DNA of 63,859 nucleotides, counting the filler, from Octopus bimaculoides (lineage: Eukaryota): NCBI RefSeq assembly GCF_001194135.2. It is 5 parts of 4 records of this genome, joined end to end, with 100 filler letters (N's around TTAATTAATTAA, not from the genome) between each part and the next. Parts side by side here need not be neighbours in the genome. Positions count along the whole stretch, not along the records: positions 1 to 30,863 come from NC_068981.1; 4 more parts are not named here. The stretch is one strand, 5' to 3'. The notes below the pieces were generated by a model, which saw only the letters and a list, made by a program, of their open reading frames with translations, ran no database searches and had not been told where the DNA came from. Positions 1 through 13,094 of the stretch are shown one piece after another (position 1 is the stretch's first letter; each line of letters opens with the position of its first letter). Position numbers and translations under genes: made by a program.

Positions 1-2
1 TA

Positions 3-70
<68 letters not shown>

Positions 71-106
71 AGCACATAGTCAGACACACACACACTCACA
101 CATATA
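1..106. repeat. (TG)n/(TA)n/(CA)n compound microsatellite
   Basis: Directly visible dinucleotide runs; one of dozens in the window. Confidence 0.95.
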
Positions 107-628
107 TCTGAAAGAATGTGCTTCGCAATCTTCTCAGAGCATCATTTATGTTTTCCAACATTTCCATTATAAATAAATAGTTGTGTGGATGTTCTTTTCA
201 TTTTTTTCGTTTTCGCAGTTACTTGTTAGTTTTATTTAATTATTTGTTGTGTTGTCAGAGGAGAGAATTAATTGTGTTGTTCTGATAGCAACCGTTTGAC
301 TCATTGACTGAGTATCTCTATTTTGGAATCATTGTATAAATGCATAGTTACTATTTCATCTGCCATTCTTTGCATATTTTGCTCTTCTTTCCCTCCATAC
401 ATATCATGTATTACATTGATAGCATGTAAACCATATTTATCATTATCCTTATCATCATTGTTATCATTATTTTAATGGATGTTCTCTCCACCACCACCAC
501 CAACAACAATTTTTTGCTTAAGTTTGATGGGGCATTCTACTTCTGCTTGTCTTGACTCTGAATCATCTAATTACCAAGACCTACCAGAATCATGGGGAAA
601 ATTCAAATTCCTAGGAAACTGGTGAATG

Positions 629-843
629 TATGAGGAAATGCTGAAAAGTTCCTGGTTTTGGGTAAAAGAAATACAGGAAGATCAGTTAATTATGATTTTA
701 TTCAACATATTCCCTGTCAGATTCACATGCTTATTGGAGCTGTCTTTCCGTTTTTCTAAGCCCTGTAAAAGAATTTGGAAGGTTGGGCCTCCAATCAAGC
801 CTTTTGTGATACCCTTAAAGCCAGGGACTTTTCAGCACCCTTT
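629..843 (-). mobile_element. Mariner-derived MITE (about 210 bp)
   Basis: Inverted ends TATGAGGAAATGCTGAAAAGTTCC (629) and GGGACTTTTCAGCACCC (to about 841). The reverse complement aligns with the copy at 20744-20950 and retains the last codons of a mariner transposase. Confidence 0.8.
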
Positions 844-1129
844 TGGTGTTTGTCAATAGCAGTGATAATAAAATCCCAAGGATTTGCATCACTAAGTTTG
901 TCGTGAAGGACCTCTAAACAAAACATCAACCTTTGCATTACTCATGGCAAGTGAACTTATTGAATCTACAAACTCTCTTGGCTTTTACTACTATAGCAAT
1001 AGTGATCAGAGATCACTATTGCTATATTTGGCTTCCTTTATGTGGGATGGTATTGGGACCTTACTACTTCATTGGTTAACACAGATCACATGAGCTGCAA
1101 GTAATGTAGTGATTCCAAACTGTGAAGTG

Positions 1130-1329
1130 TCTGACGTAACACTTATTTGTTCACGTTATTTTGAATTTGTCATGCATTATCTTTTTATGTTGAGATTTTG
1201 ATGATGTGCTTGTTTGTTCTTAGTATGACATTGTAGGGTAGGTGTGAGAGGCTGAATATAGCTAGTCTGTACATAAGACAGATATGATATTTGGGTTGGA
1301 TATGACCAGTTTAAATGCTAAAGGGTTAA
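1130..1329 (+). mobile_element. Non-autonomous DNA transposon fragment ending AATGCTAAAGGGTTAA (TTAA-terminated, piggyBac-like end)
   Basis: 3' end ...GGG-TTAA at 1323-1329; family assignment is from recalled similarity to an abundant octopus MITE; 5' end eroded. Confidence 0.5.
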
Positions 1330-1932
1330 TGGTGAAATTTTGATTATGAAATTTTTTTTTTTTTTTACTTGATTTGAAAATTTTCTGTTTGGTTTTCTTG
1401 CTACCCTTTGTAATGCATAGTGCATTTCTCACTCAACAAAAATTCATTTAAAGTCAATTATAGTCACCATGAACGAGGTGCAATTGAAAAACTCAAGATC
1501 TTGAAACTACTTAGCTGCATCTTGAATAGGAGAGAAGAAACTTTTTTGTCATATCTCTATGCAAAAAATTATAATTGTGAAGCTTTCAAACACTGGCTGA
1601 ATTTATAACCTAGAGATGACTCATGGAATAGCAAGACATTCGAGATAAAATCAATTTGAAATATCAGTTCNNNNNNNNNNNNNNNNNNNNNNNNNNNNNN
1701 NNNNNNNNNNNNNNNNNNNNNNNNNNNNNNNNNNNNNNNNNNNNNNNNNNNNNNNNNNNNNNNNNNNNNNNNNNNNNNNNNNNNNNNNNNNNNNNNNNNN
1801 NNNNNNNNNNNNNNNNNNNNNNNNNNNNNNNNNNNNNNNNNNNNNNNNNNNNNNNNNNNNNNNNNNNNNNNNNNNNNNNNNNNNNNNNNNNNNNNNNNNN
1901 NNNNNNNNNNNNNNNNNNNNNNNNNNNNNNNN

Positions 1933-3180
1933 AATGTTTTGAAACATGAAATTCATCACAATATATTTCAACAATGTGAAAATTTTATTCATCAAAGTAA
2001 GTACCATTACAGTCAACACATTTTTGCCAACAAGTTACAAGTTTGTTTATTCTGATAGCATAAAAGTCTAGGGTTGGAGCTGATGAACTCTTTGAATGCA
2101 CTTTCAGCATCGGTTTGAATTTTGAACTCCTTCTCTTGCAGGAAACCATCAAAATGTTTGAAAAAGTGGTAGGAAAAAGATCTGGGGAATAAGCTGGGTG
2201 GGGAAGAACTTTGTAGCTAAGTACCCTCAACTTCTGGAGTGCCATTAATGAAATGTGTGGTCAAGCATTGTCATGAAGAATGATTGGCTCTCTTCTGTTG
2301 ACCAGTCTGGGATGGAGGAGTAGCAGTTTTTCGTTCATTTTGGCAATTTCATGGCAATATATTTCTGTAGTATTGGTTTTTCCAGGTTTTAAGAAGTTAT
2401 AGTGGATGAGTCCAGCAGTACACCACCAAACTGTCACCATAACTTGCTTTTGAAGAGCTTGTGTTTAGGGAAGGTTTTCAGTGCTTCATTTTGGGCCAAC
2501 CACTGTGGAGAACGTTTTTTATTATTGTGCAGAATCCACTTTTCATTGCAAGTTACAATACAGTTGAGAAATGGATTGGTCTGGTCATAGAGAAGAAGTT
2601 ATGAGCAAATTTCATATCTGCACATTTTCTGATTTTCATTCAAAACATTTAGTACCCATTTGTCAAACTTTTTTTGATTGTTCGATTGCATGAAAATGGT
2701 TTCAGGCAGTTTACTTGAAGTTTTTTTGCCAGTTCTTGAGTGGTTTTATGTGGATCTTTCTCAATGACGGTCTTTAATTGACCATCATCGATGACAGATG
2801 GTCATCCACTACACTCATGATCTTCAAGGCTCAGTTCTCCACTACAAAATCGTTTAAGCCATTTTTGAGTTGACCGCTCACTGGTCATTTCCTCACCAAA
2901 TGTTTCGTTGATATCACAAACAGTTTCAGCTGCTTTACATCCTTTTTTGAAGTCGAAGAGTAAAATTGGTCGAATATTGCACTTTGGCAGTTCCATCTCA
3001 GATGATTGTAACAATAGTGAAAAAAATATTAATGTTAATTTATGGATGTGTTTGAGCAAGTCTATGTCTGTATTATCAGACAATTTCAAAAAATGTTTAA
3101 GAAAAATTCAAAACTCTGCAAAAATCTGGTACAAATTCTTCATAGTTCAAAACGTTGCTTACTTTTAACTCAACCTGATA
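1933..3180 (-). mobile_element. Near full-length degenerate mariner (Tc1/mariner DD34D) transposon
   Basis: N-terminal HTH (IRPILLFDFKKGCKAAETVCDINETFGEE...QKWLKRFCSGELSLED, 2802-3089). C-terminal HPAYSPDL...WQKCVDCNGTYFDE (1985-2245). TIR TATCAGGTTGAGTTAAAAGTAAGCAACGTTTTG at 3148-3180 with terminal TA. Frameshifted; the other end runs into a gap. Confidence 0.92.
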
Positions 3181-3400
3181 GAAAGATGTGAATGTATTTT
3201 GAAGTATTGGTTATGTAAGCGCATGTTCTCTTTTCCATTCCTTGTGTCTTGAATTTCTCCAAGCCACTTTCTAAATATAACATTTATAAAAAGGACTTAA
3301 AAATTTGTCTTGTGGTTCTTTACACCACAGCACAGTGTCTGATCCTAAATAAAGATCACTGTAAAAAATGTCATTGAAATATTTTTCTGATAAAAGAGAG

Positions 3401-3438
<38 letters not shown>

Positions 3439-5584
3439 ACTAATTTTGTAACATCGTTGGAAATAACAAATTGATATCCTTGGGGTTTCTAAACCATGAC
3501 ACATGCAAAATAGTGTTGATCATGATGTCTTTGCAGAAAATAAACTCTATAAAGAGAATAAAACAAGACTTTCTTGTGAAGACAAGCAGTGATACAAACA
3601 CCAAGTTCATATAATGTTTTCTCTGTTGATTATATCTGGCAAAGCAAAATATATGTAAACAAAATAGTTTTTTTTTTTTTTTTGAGTTTTTTTGTTTTTA
3701 TTTCAGTCTTTCTTTTAATTGTTGCAATTAACTGCATTTTATTGTTGATTCCATACTGCATCCCTAGACTTAGGCAAAATTAAAATTTTTATATATGTAT
3801 TACTATTTTTACATTTTTTTTTCTTTCCTCCGCCCTTGTAATTTCTTTGTTATTTCAAATTCTGCTACAGTCAGCTCTACTTTGAGAATATCCTGACAAA
3901 CAGCTATTCAAAGAAAGTAAATGTATTACATAAATACAAGGTCAGCTTTAAAGTCTACTGCATTCGCTTCCACATTTCTTATCCCTCCCACAACCAAACA
4001 GCTGCTAAATGCTAACAAACATGTCTCCTAATCTGCAGAAGTCTGGTCAGTATATGTGTCCATTTCAATTTGACATAGACCATATAGAATTTTTTTCTAC
4101 CACATCAACCCACTACAGATTAGTGTTTGTCAACACAGCACTTTCATTTTTTAATAATCTGCCATCTGCTCTTACCATTCTGTAATTACAAAGTACATAC
4201 CGGTCCTAACATATGCTTGTATAATTTGTCTTTTTTTAGATTCACTTATCATTGTTTATCACTGCACATTTAGTTTGTTGTTTATGAGTTTAGTTTAGTC
4301 TGTTTTTTATTACTGATTAGCTTGTTGTTGTTTATCACCTGTTTGTTGTTGGCTGCTGCTTCATACCACTGACAGTACTATAGAAAGGCAAAAATGCCTA
4401 TGATTCTGTCAATTTAATGATCTTTTGTGAACAAAATTCAACTAATTACTACTCTTAAGAACTGGATTTCTCCCTAAATGCTTGAATTTACAGTACTAAT
4501 CACATCAAGAGATTGAGGATTTTGTTTTACCTTTTTTATATTGTGTAAACATTCAAACATTGTCACTATCTTTCCAAATCCTGCTGCATTTCACAGGAAA
4601 TTTTGGTTTGAAAATCTCATCTTGTATAACAGAAAATACACTATGTTGTATGCACATACACTTTACTTCACTTCCATCAAATCAAAGTTATTTTATTGAT
4701 ATGCATTGGCATTATACTTGTTATCAAAATATCAACATGAACTGAAAAAAAAAAAGAAATTTATCATTAATATTCTTCTATATGCCCAGCTTTGCCAGTT
4801 TCAAATATCCTGGCAATGACTTTCATTCACTTTGAATTATGTAACAATAGCAACTAGTCACATGGATTAGGAAACATTTAAGCAAATTCCAGAGTAATGT
4901 AGTCGATAATGAAATTAACATTATATTGTTCTAAAGTATATTATAATTTATAATTATAATATAATTATAATTTATTTATTTACAATACACATTAAAATTT
5001 ATTTTTTGCAATGAAAATTTATTTATAGAATAATTTTATTACACAAATAGAAATAAGATTTTTTAAAGAATACATCAGAATATAAACTTCTTTGAATCAC
5101 TGAAATGATAAGAATAGCTTGAATATATTTTATTCTTTTGACAATGGTTGTTTGTAAACAAAGAATACTGGCTAATGTAATTTATAAACCCATGAAAACA
5201 GAAGCTTTCAGACTCATTTTAATCATATAAAATCATTTTAATCATATAAAATCAAATGGTCAGTTTTATTTTATATTCCATTCATTTTTAAAACAAAACT
5301 GGAAAAATAATTTGCAATCAAAGAAAATTAGTCAGACAGAATTTGTTGAAGCAGATTTTGTACAGCTAGATGTCTATTTTGATGTCTCCCTAACCTTTTT
5401 CCAAGCAAGATAATCTTTCTCATGTTTTTCATGGAGGATTAGAAATGAAGAACACTACTTGCATGATGGTGACACCCATTTACAACTATCACACGATTTC
5501 TAGGCAAAGAGACCATCACGCACACACATACACACACATACACACACATACATGTGTACATACATGCATGTGCACATACACACA

Positions 5585-5757
5585 CATACACATATACATA
5601 TACATGATGTCTTCTTTCAGTTTCTGTCTGCCAAATCTACTCACAAGACTTTGGTCCACCCAAGGACATAGTAGAAGACATTTACTTAAGGTACCTCACA
5701 GTGAAACTGAATCCATCCCTATGTAGTTGGAAAGCAAACTTCTTACCACACAGCTAA
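5585..5757 (-). mobile_element. tRNA-derived SINE family A, head fragment
   Basis: Reverse complement matches the head of the copy at 7731 (GCTGTGTGGTAAG...GTGTCTTCTACTAT...GTGAGTAGATTTGG). Confidence 0.75.
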
Positions 5758-6492
5758 GTCTGCTTATACAATTAACTGACCAATTATACATAAACCCAAT
5801 GTTAAATGCTTCAGTATTTTGAAAGGTTATGCAATTACTGAATTGTATATATTAAGTACAATTGATTGTACTAGATTAGAAATGTGTGAGAAATGTTCTA
5901 TTGGCACCCTTTGCATTTTGTTTGTTTCCTATGCAGTTGTTTAGTTAACCAGGGTTATCTTGATTTGAGCAAACTTGTGGGCACATGGTGGTAATTGATC
6001 ATGATAAGCATTCCACAACTGTTTCATATATGTATGCGTGTATATGTATGTATGTGTGTGTTTCTATGTATGCGCTTATGTATCTATGCGTGTGTGTGTG
6101 TACGTATATATAATGGCAGAGAGTTATTTGTGATTTGAATTCTGGCTGATTAAATGTTAAGTTCTGTTGGAATGAAACCTTGGGTTACAGAAAGTTAACA
6201 AAAATTACATAAAAAGAATTGTTTATCCACCTTCCAGTGTTGAGTACTCACTTTTCTAGTTTGTTAATCTAATGCATGTTTGTGTGTGCATGTATGTACG
6301 TGTGTGTATACACACACACCAATGATTTTTCAATAACTAATGGTCTGGTACCTTTTTCAATTTGGACATAATTATGACCTTATCAGTAACTACACTACAT
6401 GTATGTGTGTGTGTGTGTCACACATATGCAGTTACATACACAACACAAAAAAGAACCCTGCACACAAACTATTTCTCCATACTTCCCATAGA

Positions 6493-7250
6493 AACATGGT
6501 ACATTCCAGAAGTTTCCAATCTATTGGGGCAGAGACTTCTATTGATTTCAAAGAATTCAAAGTAGCACCCTTTCACTTCAATGCACTTCTGGTAGCACTC
6601 CAGTGACATCATGAAGGCCTTATAGAAGTCCTCCAAAGTAAAGGTATCCAGGACACTTATCACAGCCTCCTTTATCTTCAAAAGAACTGCCCCTAATGTT
6701 CTCCTTCTCCTTGAGGAACAATACAAAATCACAAGGAGCAAGGTCTGAACTCTAGGAAGGATGAAGGACAGTTTAAATGCCCACTGCTATCAAGTAGTTG
6801 GTTACCAGGATGCTCATCACTGAGCATCTTTTGAACAAACATTGCACAATTTTTGCACATATTCATGAATAATTCTGTATACAGCTGCCAAAACAACTCC
6901 GAACCATATACTTATTGTCCTTATAGACACACAGTGGTTTTCATGCAGAAAATTTAATATTCTCAACTAGCTCTGACGTTCTGATGCCCCTCTCTCTCCC
7001 ATACTTCTCATCAGCTCTCACTACCAGGTAGTAATCCCTTGAACTCCTTGTGCCAGTAAAAAGTTCATCCATAAGCAGTCTGAAGTATTTCATAAGATTC
7101 TGTTTTTGCCCAGTGTTTAACACAAAACTTTATTGCATAGTGATCTTCCTAACATCCCAACTGCATTCTGCAAAACGAGTTAGCTGTGACAAGCAGTTAG
7201 CTGTGACATTCAAAGCCCTGTTACAGCTGACTCCTTCATTAAATGTATAG
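6493..7250 (-). mobile_element. Internally deleted mariner element
   Basis: C-terminus IKEAVISVLDTFTLEDF...YQKCIEVKGCYFE (6469-6741); N-terminal remnant (YAIKFCVKH... in broken frames near 7140); TIR-like ACATGGTACATTCCAGAAGTTTCC at 6494. Confidence 0.7.
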
Positions 7251-7363
7251 TAATGATATACTAAAATTACAATAATCTAGGGCGGTAATAATTGCCTCTC
7301 CTAAAAAAAATATCAAAACTTATGGACTTCATGTGTATATGCATGTGTGTGTATGTGTGTGTG

Positions 7364-7396
<33 letters not shown>

Positions 7397-7730
7397 CAAC
7401 TTGTAAATACAAATATTTGCCCATCCTTGCATTTGCCTTCCTGTCTAAAAATGTACCATATTTAGTCTACCCCTTACTTTCAGTCAGCAACCAGCATGTT
7501 GGCTAACTCCACATGGTTTCTTTCATTGGAATTGCTCTTGATTTTTTTTTCCCCTTTTTGCTTGTGTTTTCTTTTTCCAGTTTCTTCTTCCTTTCTCCAT
7601 TGTCTGAAGAAAGACAATGTCCAAAGCATTATGGTCATTAACTCTTTCTATTTCCTTGACCATCAAGCTAATAACATTGATTGTGTACTTACCCTTTTTT
7701 TTTCTTGACTTTTGGTCATCATTACTATAT

Positions 7731-8193
7731 AGGAGTGGCTGTGTGGTAAGTAGCTTGCTTACCAACCACATGGTTCTGGGTTCAGTCCCACTGCGTGACA
7801 CTTTGGACGAGTGTCTTCTACTATAGCCTCGGGCTGACCAAAGCCTTGTGAGTGGATTTGGTAGACGGAAACTGACAGAAGACCGTCGTATATATGTATA
7901 TGTATATATATATGTGTGTGTGTTTGTGTGTCTCTGTTTGTCCCCCCAACATCGCTTGACAACCAATGCTGGTGTATTTACGTCCCCGTAACTTAGCGGT
8001 TCGGCAAAAGAGACCGATAGAATAAGTACTAGGCTTACAAAGAATAAGTCCTGGGGTCGATTTACTNNNNNNNNNNNNNNNNNNNNNNNNNNNNNNNNNN
8101 NNNNNNNNNNNNNNNNNNNNNNNNNNNNNNNNNNNNNNNNNNNNNNNNNNNATGGCCACAGTCAAATGACTGAAACAAGTAAAAGAGTAAAAG
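7731..8193 (+). mobile_element. tRNA-derived SINE family A, full-length young copy
   Basis: A-box-like TGGCTGTGTGG, B-box-like GGTTCAGTCCC, internal (TA)(TG) microsatellite, conserved tail ending CAGTCAAATGACTGAAACAAGTAAAAGAG; many homologous copies in the window. Confidence 0.88.
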
Positions 8194-8202
8194 ATATATC
8201 GT

Positions 8203-8467
8203 TCGTCGTTTAACATCTGCTTTCCATGCTAGCATGGGTTGGACGATTTGACTGAGGACTGGTGAAATCAGATGGCTACACCAGGCTCCAATCTGATTTG
8301 GCAGTGTTTCTACAGCTGGATGCCCTTCCTAACGCCAACCACTCAGAGAGTGTAGTGGATGCTTTTACGTGTCACCTGCACGAAGGCCAGTCAGGCGAAC
8401 GGCCACGCTCAAAATGGTGTGTTTTATGTGCCACCCACACAAGAGCCAGTCCAGGGGCACTGGCAAC
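8203..8467 (-). mobile_element. RTE-tailed short repeat family B
   Basis: Shares TTTCCATGCTAGCATGGGTTGG...GGATGCCCTTCCTAACGCCAACC with copies at 9043, 13700, 17020, 18225 and 20430; the family ends in a (GAT)n tail; at 13095-13885 the same tail follows an RTE ORF end. Confidence 0.8.
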
Positions 8468-8503
<36 letters not shown>

Positions 8504-9042
8504 TTTGTTTTTGTATCTGGCTTGCAAGATTCTGTAGGTGAATTTGTGTGTTGAAACAAATTTTGTTGTGTCTAGCGGGAATGATTATGCCAATATAATT
8601 AACACACACTGGTTCACTTCCACTCATTTATTAAATATCTAAATGTTTTGTTTTTGTTTGTCCAAGTTCTTTTGTTGCTTCTTGCAACCTTTTCAATGAC
8701 TTTTGACTTAATCTGTTATAGAGGTCACATTTGTTTGTTTGCATTCTTGTTGTGTAGAGAGGTGTGTGTGTGTGTGTGTGTGTGAGCGTGCACATGTGCT
8801 TGTGTGTGTATGTATGTATTCTGCATATTCATGTGTTTGTGTGTGTGCTTATGTGTTTGTGTATTATGTATGTGTGTGTAACTCTGCTTCCTTGCGTGTG
8901 CATATTTGAGTGTGTTTATGCATATGAGTTTGAGTATGCATGTGCACTTGTGTATGTGCTTATCTATTTGTATCACCTTTGCACCTACTGACCTACCTAC
9001 ATACATATCTATCTATATATATATACATGCACATATATATAT

Positions 9043-9294
9043 CATCATCATCATCATTGTTTAACGTCCGCTTTCCATGCTAGCATGGGTTGGATGATTT
9101 GACTGAGGACTGGTGAACCGGATGGCTGCAACAGGCTCCAATCTGATCTGGCAGAGTTTCTACAGCTGCATGCCCTTCCTAACGCCAACTACTCCGAGAG
9201 TGTAGTGGGTGCTTTTACGTGCCACCAGCATGAGGGCCAGTCACGCAGTACTGGCAACGGTCATACTCAAAATGGTGTTTTTCACATGCCACCT
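9043..9294 (-). mobile_element. RTE-tailed short repeat family B
   Basis: High identity to 8203-8467; (CAT)n tail on the + strand at 9041. Confidence 0.8.
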
Positions 9295-9423
9295 TGCCTA
9301 CTTATGAATGTACCTATGTATTCATACTCTGTGGGTGGTATCTGTGACATTGGGCTATCTCTGTCTTCTATGTGTATTTCCTTTTTAGTACAAGTAATGT
9401 TTCATTTATGAGGATGTACTCTT

Positions 9424-9530
9424 GTAAGGTTCTCAACGGGGGACATTTGGAGCTTGGTGGGGACATTTTGGAGCAAAGGGGCACTAGGGGGAGCATTAAG
9501 ACTTAGGGGAACTAAGGGATGCTGGAAGAC
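9424..9530 (+). mobile_element. hAT-type (MER20-like) MITE terminal fragment
   Basis: GGTTCTCAAC terminus followed by GGGGACATTT repeats typical of hAT-Charlie MITEs. Confidence 0.5.
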
Positions 9531-10189
9531 CCTCAACTTTGGTAAGTTTAATTTGAAATTAACGAATAGTAGCCATATTTTCGCATCTTTGTGACAGTTA
9601 GTTTTTAAAAAAACCATGTCTTTTTGTTTCAAATTTTCAAAAACTTAAAATACTTTTTCCACTTTAGTGACACCAAGCAAATTCTTGGTACCATGTGTAA
9701 CTGGTGTCGCTAAAGTGAAACCCCCAAAACAAAAACAAAGACAGATGAATATTGACAGACGACTAAAGGAAAAAAAGTAATGAATAAAAGCGAAAAGCTG
9801 AATAAGTGTGTATGTGTGTGTTTGTGTGCAAATATATAAAGGATGGTGGTCAAAATTTTGGAATGAGCAAACTGGCTTTTGGGAGTGGCTGATAGTTATG
9901 TATTTGTGTATGTGTGTGTATGTATGGGTATGTTTGTACGTATATGATTGCATGTGTTGCCATTTTGAATTCCTTTCTGTGATTGAACTTAAACTGACCC
10001 CTGGCTATTAAAGACCTAACCACAACACGCACACATTTGTTTTACGTTTTATATCCATTTGAACTGTGACCATACACAAGATAACATGGTAAGTCTTATG
10101 TTCTGAAATTTAAATTTTGAATTTTAATTATAAAATTACACCTCAGCTAAAAACACATCTTTTGGCTTTTGGAAAACAGAACCTTTTCT

Positions 10190-10375
10190 TTCTCTTTCTA
10201 TATTTTTTGTTGTTTTGGTCAGAATTTTCCCATAAATACCAAAATAAAATTTTGGATTTATGGAGGGTCAAAATTAGGAACAAAAACAGGACAGTGGAGA
10301 CATACAGGGAAACCAAACAAAAACAAACATGGAGGGTCTTTAGACCTGAACGAGGGGAAAATAGTAAACACTGAG
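10190..10375. repeat. Dispersed repeat, probable PLE terminal-repeat family
   Basis: GGAGGGTCAAAATTAG...ACAGTG...ACCT(G/A)AACGAGG aligns with 48255-48350. Confidence 0.55.
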
Positions 10376-10505
10376 AGAAATATTTTCTTTGAAAAGAAAA
10401 AAAATAGAAGTAGAGATAAGAGACGTCCAGTCCTTAGAATGTCCATGCAGGAAAGAAAGATGGTCATGTGAGGAAAAGAAAGATGGATGATAGTCACATA
10501 TGAGC

Positions 10506-10545
<40 letters not shown>

Positions 10546-11589
10546 GGTGGAATTATGATGTAAGCACATGCTAAAACCCCTCATAACTTTTGTATTTTCA
10601 CAAATTTTTACAAAATTTTTTTGATTCTGCCCTCTGCATAATGGAATCAATATGATTATGCAACAAAGAAAAAATCTCCCACTCCCCACAATTTTTTTTT
10701 TTAATTCGTGGTTTTAAAATACAGACAGTCTGAATTTACCATTTGTTTCTCTTTATAATTTCCAACTAATTTTTTCAATACTTTTATGGAAGAAATTAAC
10801 AGTCTTCACACTTTACCACATAATTCTGGACTTTATATGTGAAATGCCAGTGACATGCTGCAGGTCCATCAGCAATATTAGCAGACAGACAGCCATGCAG
10901 TGATACAACACATAGTCCAAGTAGACAAAAGACTTCTTTTTAAGAGGAACAATAAGTTGGAAGAGTGGTGAAGAAATTTTGTGATTGTCATAACTGACGG
11001 CATGCCAGTATTTTATGTGTGTATGTGCGTGTATAAAGATATAATTAAAACAAAATGTATACACCCACATATATATATATACATATATATACACAACAAA
11101 GCTTAATGGTGTGAATTATCTAAAACTCCTTCAGGGACAAACTGTTTTCACAATGAATTCCAATTTAATCTGAATCTATATGATCTGAAGTATATTTGTA
11201 GAAAAGAAATATTTAATTTTCTCAAGGTTATGAAGAAGCAAACCTTTGGGGCATAATTGTGTAGATATGCCAAAATATTTATATATATTCAAGGATGTAT
11301 ATAAAACTCTGTAAAAATGTATGTGTGTGTGTATATATTTGTACATTTCTGTATGCATTTATACATGTATATGTATAAGTTTCAGAAGATATTAGAATAA
11401 TGGAATAAAAGTAGTCATAATAAGAGATCTCCACAAAATTTATTTCCTTAATTTTTAACTACTGTTTCTGGCACACACATTTATGCAATTTTGATTTTGA
11501 AGTATTTAAAAAATTATTTGGAAATTATAAAGAGAAATGAATGGTAGATTCAGACTGATATCAAAATAAGTAGTATATTGAAAAATAAA

Positions 11590-11665
11590 AATATTTTCTA
11601 GGGGTGTCATTTGTGACTCCAAGGGTCAAAAGGGGCCTCTGGCCAAAATAGGTTGAGAACCTTTG
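11590..11665 (-). mobile_element. hAT MITE terminal fragment
   Basis: Reverse complement CAAAGGTTCTCAACCTATTTTGGCC resembles the left end of the MITE at 37618. Confidence 0.55.
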
Positions 11666-11894
11666 ATCTAAGTGATGGGTCCTTTGGGTACTTGGACAAA
11701 ATGCGGATGTCAGTTTGGCCCATATATACATGCATGCATACATACATACATACATATGCAAGCACATGTGCAAGTTGGCATGCACACAACAAGATCTCAA
11801 ACAAACAAAAACAAAACAATCAGATATTTAATAAATCAGTGGAATTGAACCAGTTGGTGTGTTAATTATATTGGCATCATAACTTTCCCCATAC

Positions 11895-11964
<70 letters not shown>

Positions 11965-12066
11965 ATGTATGAATGTATATAAATTGATCAGATAAGAGAA
12001 GTGAACTGAGAGAATAGACATTTATTTATTCCATTAGCTGACATCAGTTTCATAATCCATGTTAGT

Positions 12067-12144
<78 letters not shown>

Positions 12145-12909
12145 ATTATGAAGGGCATTTAGCCATAGAAATCATACCAAAGTCCACGGTAGAGCTTGGT
12201 GAAGTCCTCTAGTTCCTGTCAAACTGTCCAAACCGTGCCAGCATGGAAAACAAACATTTAATGATGATGATGATGATGTGTGTGTGTATGTATGTGTATG
12301 GGAAATTCGATGATAGTGTTATACAGTTTCATTATCATGCTTAATGTCAGAATTGTTAGTGGTAGTGTTTTTAAGATTTTATCCTTCAGCTAAGATGATC
12401 TGCTTGAAAATATGTAATATATAGTTTGGTGTAGCTAAGAAAATATTATTACAACTTGCTTGTTTATTTTTTAATGTTAACATGTTATAAGAAAAGGAAC
12501 TGGTAATGTGTATGTGTGTGTGTGTCTGCCTGTGTCTAAGTCTGCCTGTTAGTCTGTGTTAGCTATTTGTGTATTTCCTTCTCTCTAAATGTGTATTATC
12601 ATGTGTGTATATCTACTCATCTAACTATTTATCTACAATGTCAAAGATTGATGTATGCCAGTATGCTTTACTAAAAGAAAACATCCAACACATCAAGCAG
12701 AGTCCCTCATCAAAGTGTTGTTCCAAAAGAACTTGCTCTAAATAAGGATTCCCAACTGGAGGGCAGTGCTATATTTATCCCTTTACCCAGGGAATATATT
12801 TGCTGATACTAGATTTGTAATAGATTTCCTAATAAAAGTATTTTTTACTATTACATTCTTGGAAAATCCTTCAATAGTAATTAATCTGAATAGTATTGGG
12901 TTATCTTTT

Positions 12910-13090
12910 TATTTTTCACTTGTTTCAGTCCTTAGACTGCAGCCATACTTGAAGAATTATTTTGTCAAATGTATCAACCCCAGAACTTACTTTTTAAAAG
13001 CCTGGTACTTTGCCAAACCTTTAAGTTATGGAGACATAAATACACCAGCACTAGTTGTCAAGTGGGAGTGAGGGACAGACACAAAGACAG
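12910..13090 (-). mobile_element. SINE family A tail fragment
   Basis: Reverse complement of the family A 3' region (TTCACTTGTTTCAGTC...AAGTTATGGAGACATAAATACACCAGC). Confidence 0.7.
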
Positions 13091-13094
13091 GCAA

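Noticed and set aside
3271-3440. Candidate minus-strand exon DLYLGSDTVLWCKEPQDK after a poly(T) tract; also strong donor-like sites at about 7690 (-) and 21375 (+)
   Set aside because: No matching acceptor/donor pair with an open recognisable frame; cannot be supported without RNA data.
9402-9632. 76-aa ORF ending LRVFQHPLVPLSLNAPPSAPLLQNVPTK
   Set aside because: Antisense reading of a hAT MITE terminal region.
9424-11665. Possible single 2.2-kb hAT element bounded by GGTTCTCAAC ends
   Set aside because: Flanks (GTACTCTT vs ATCTAAGT) give no 8-bp TSD and the subterminal sequences belong to different MITE types.
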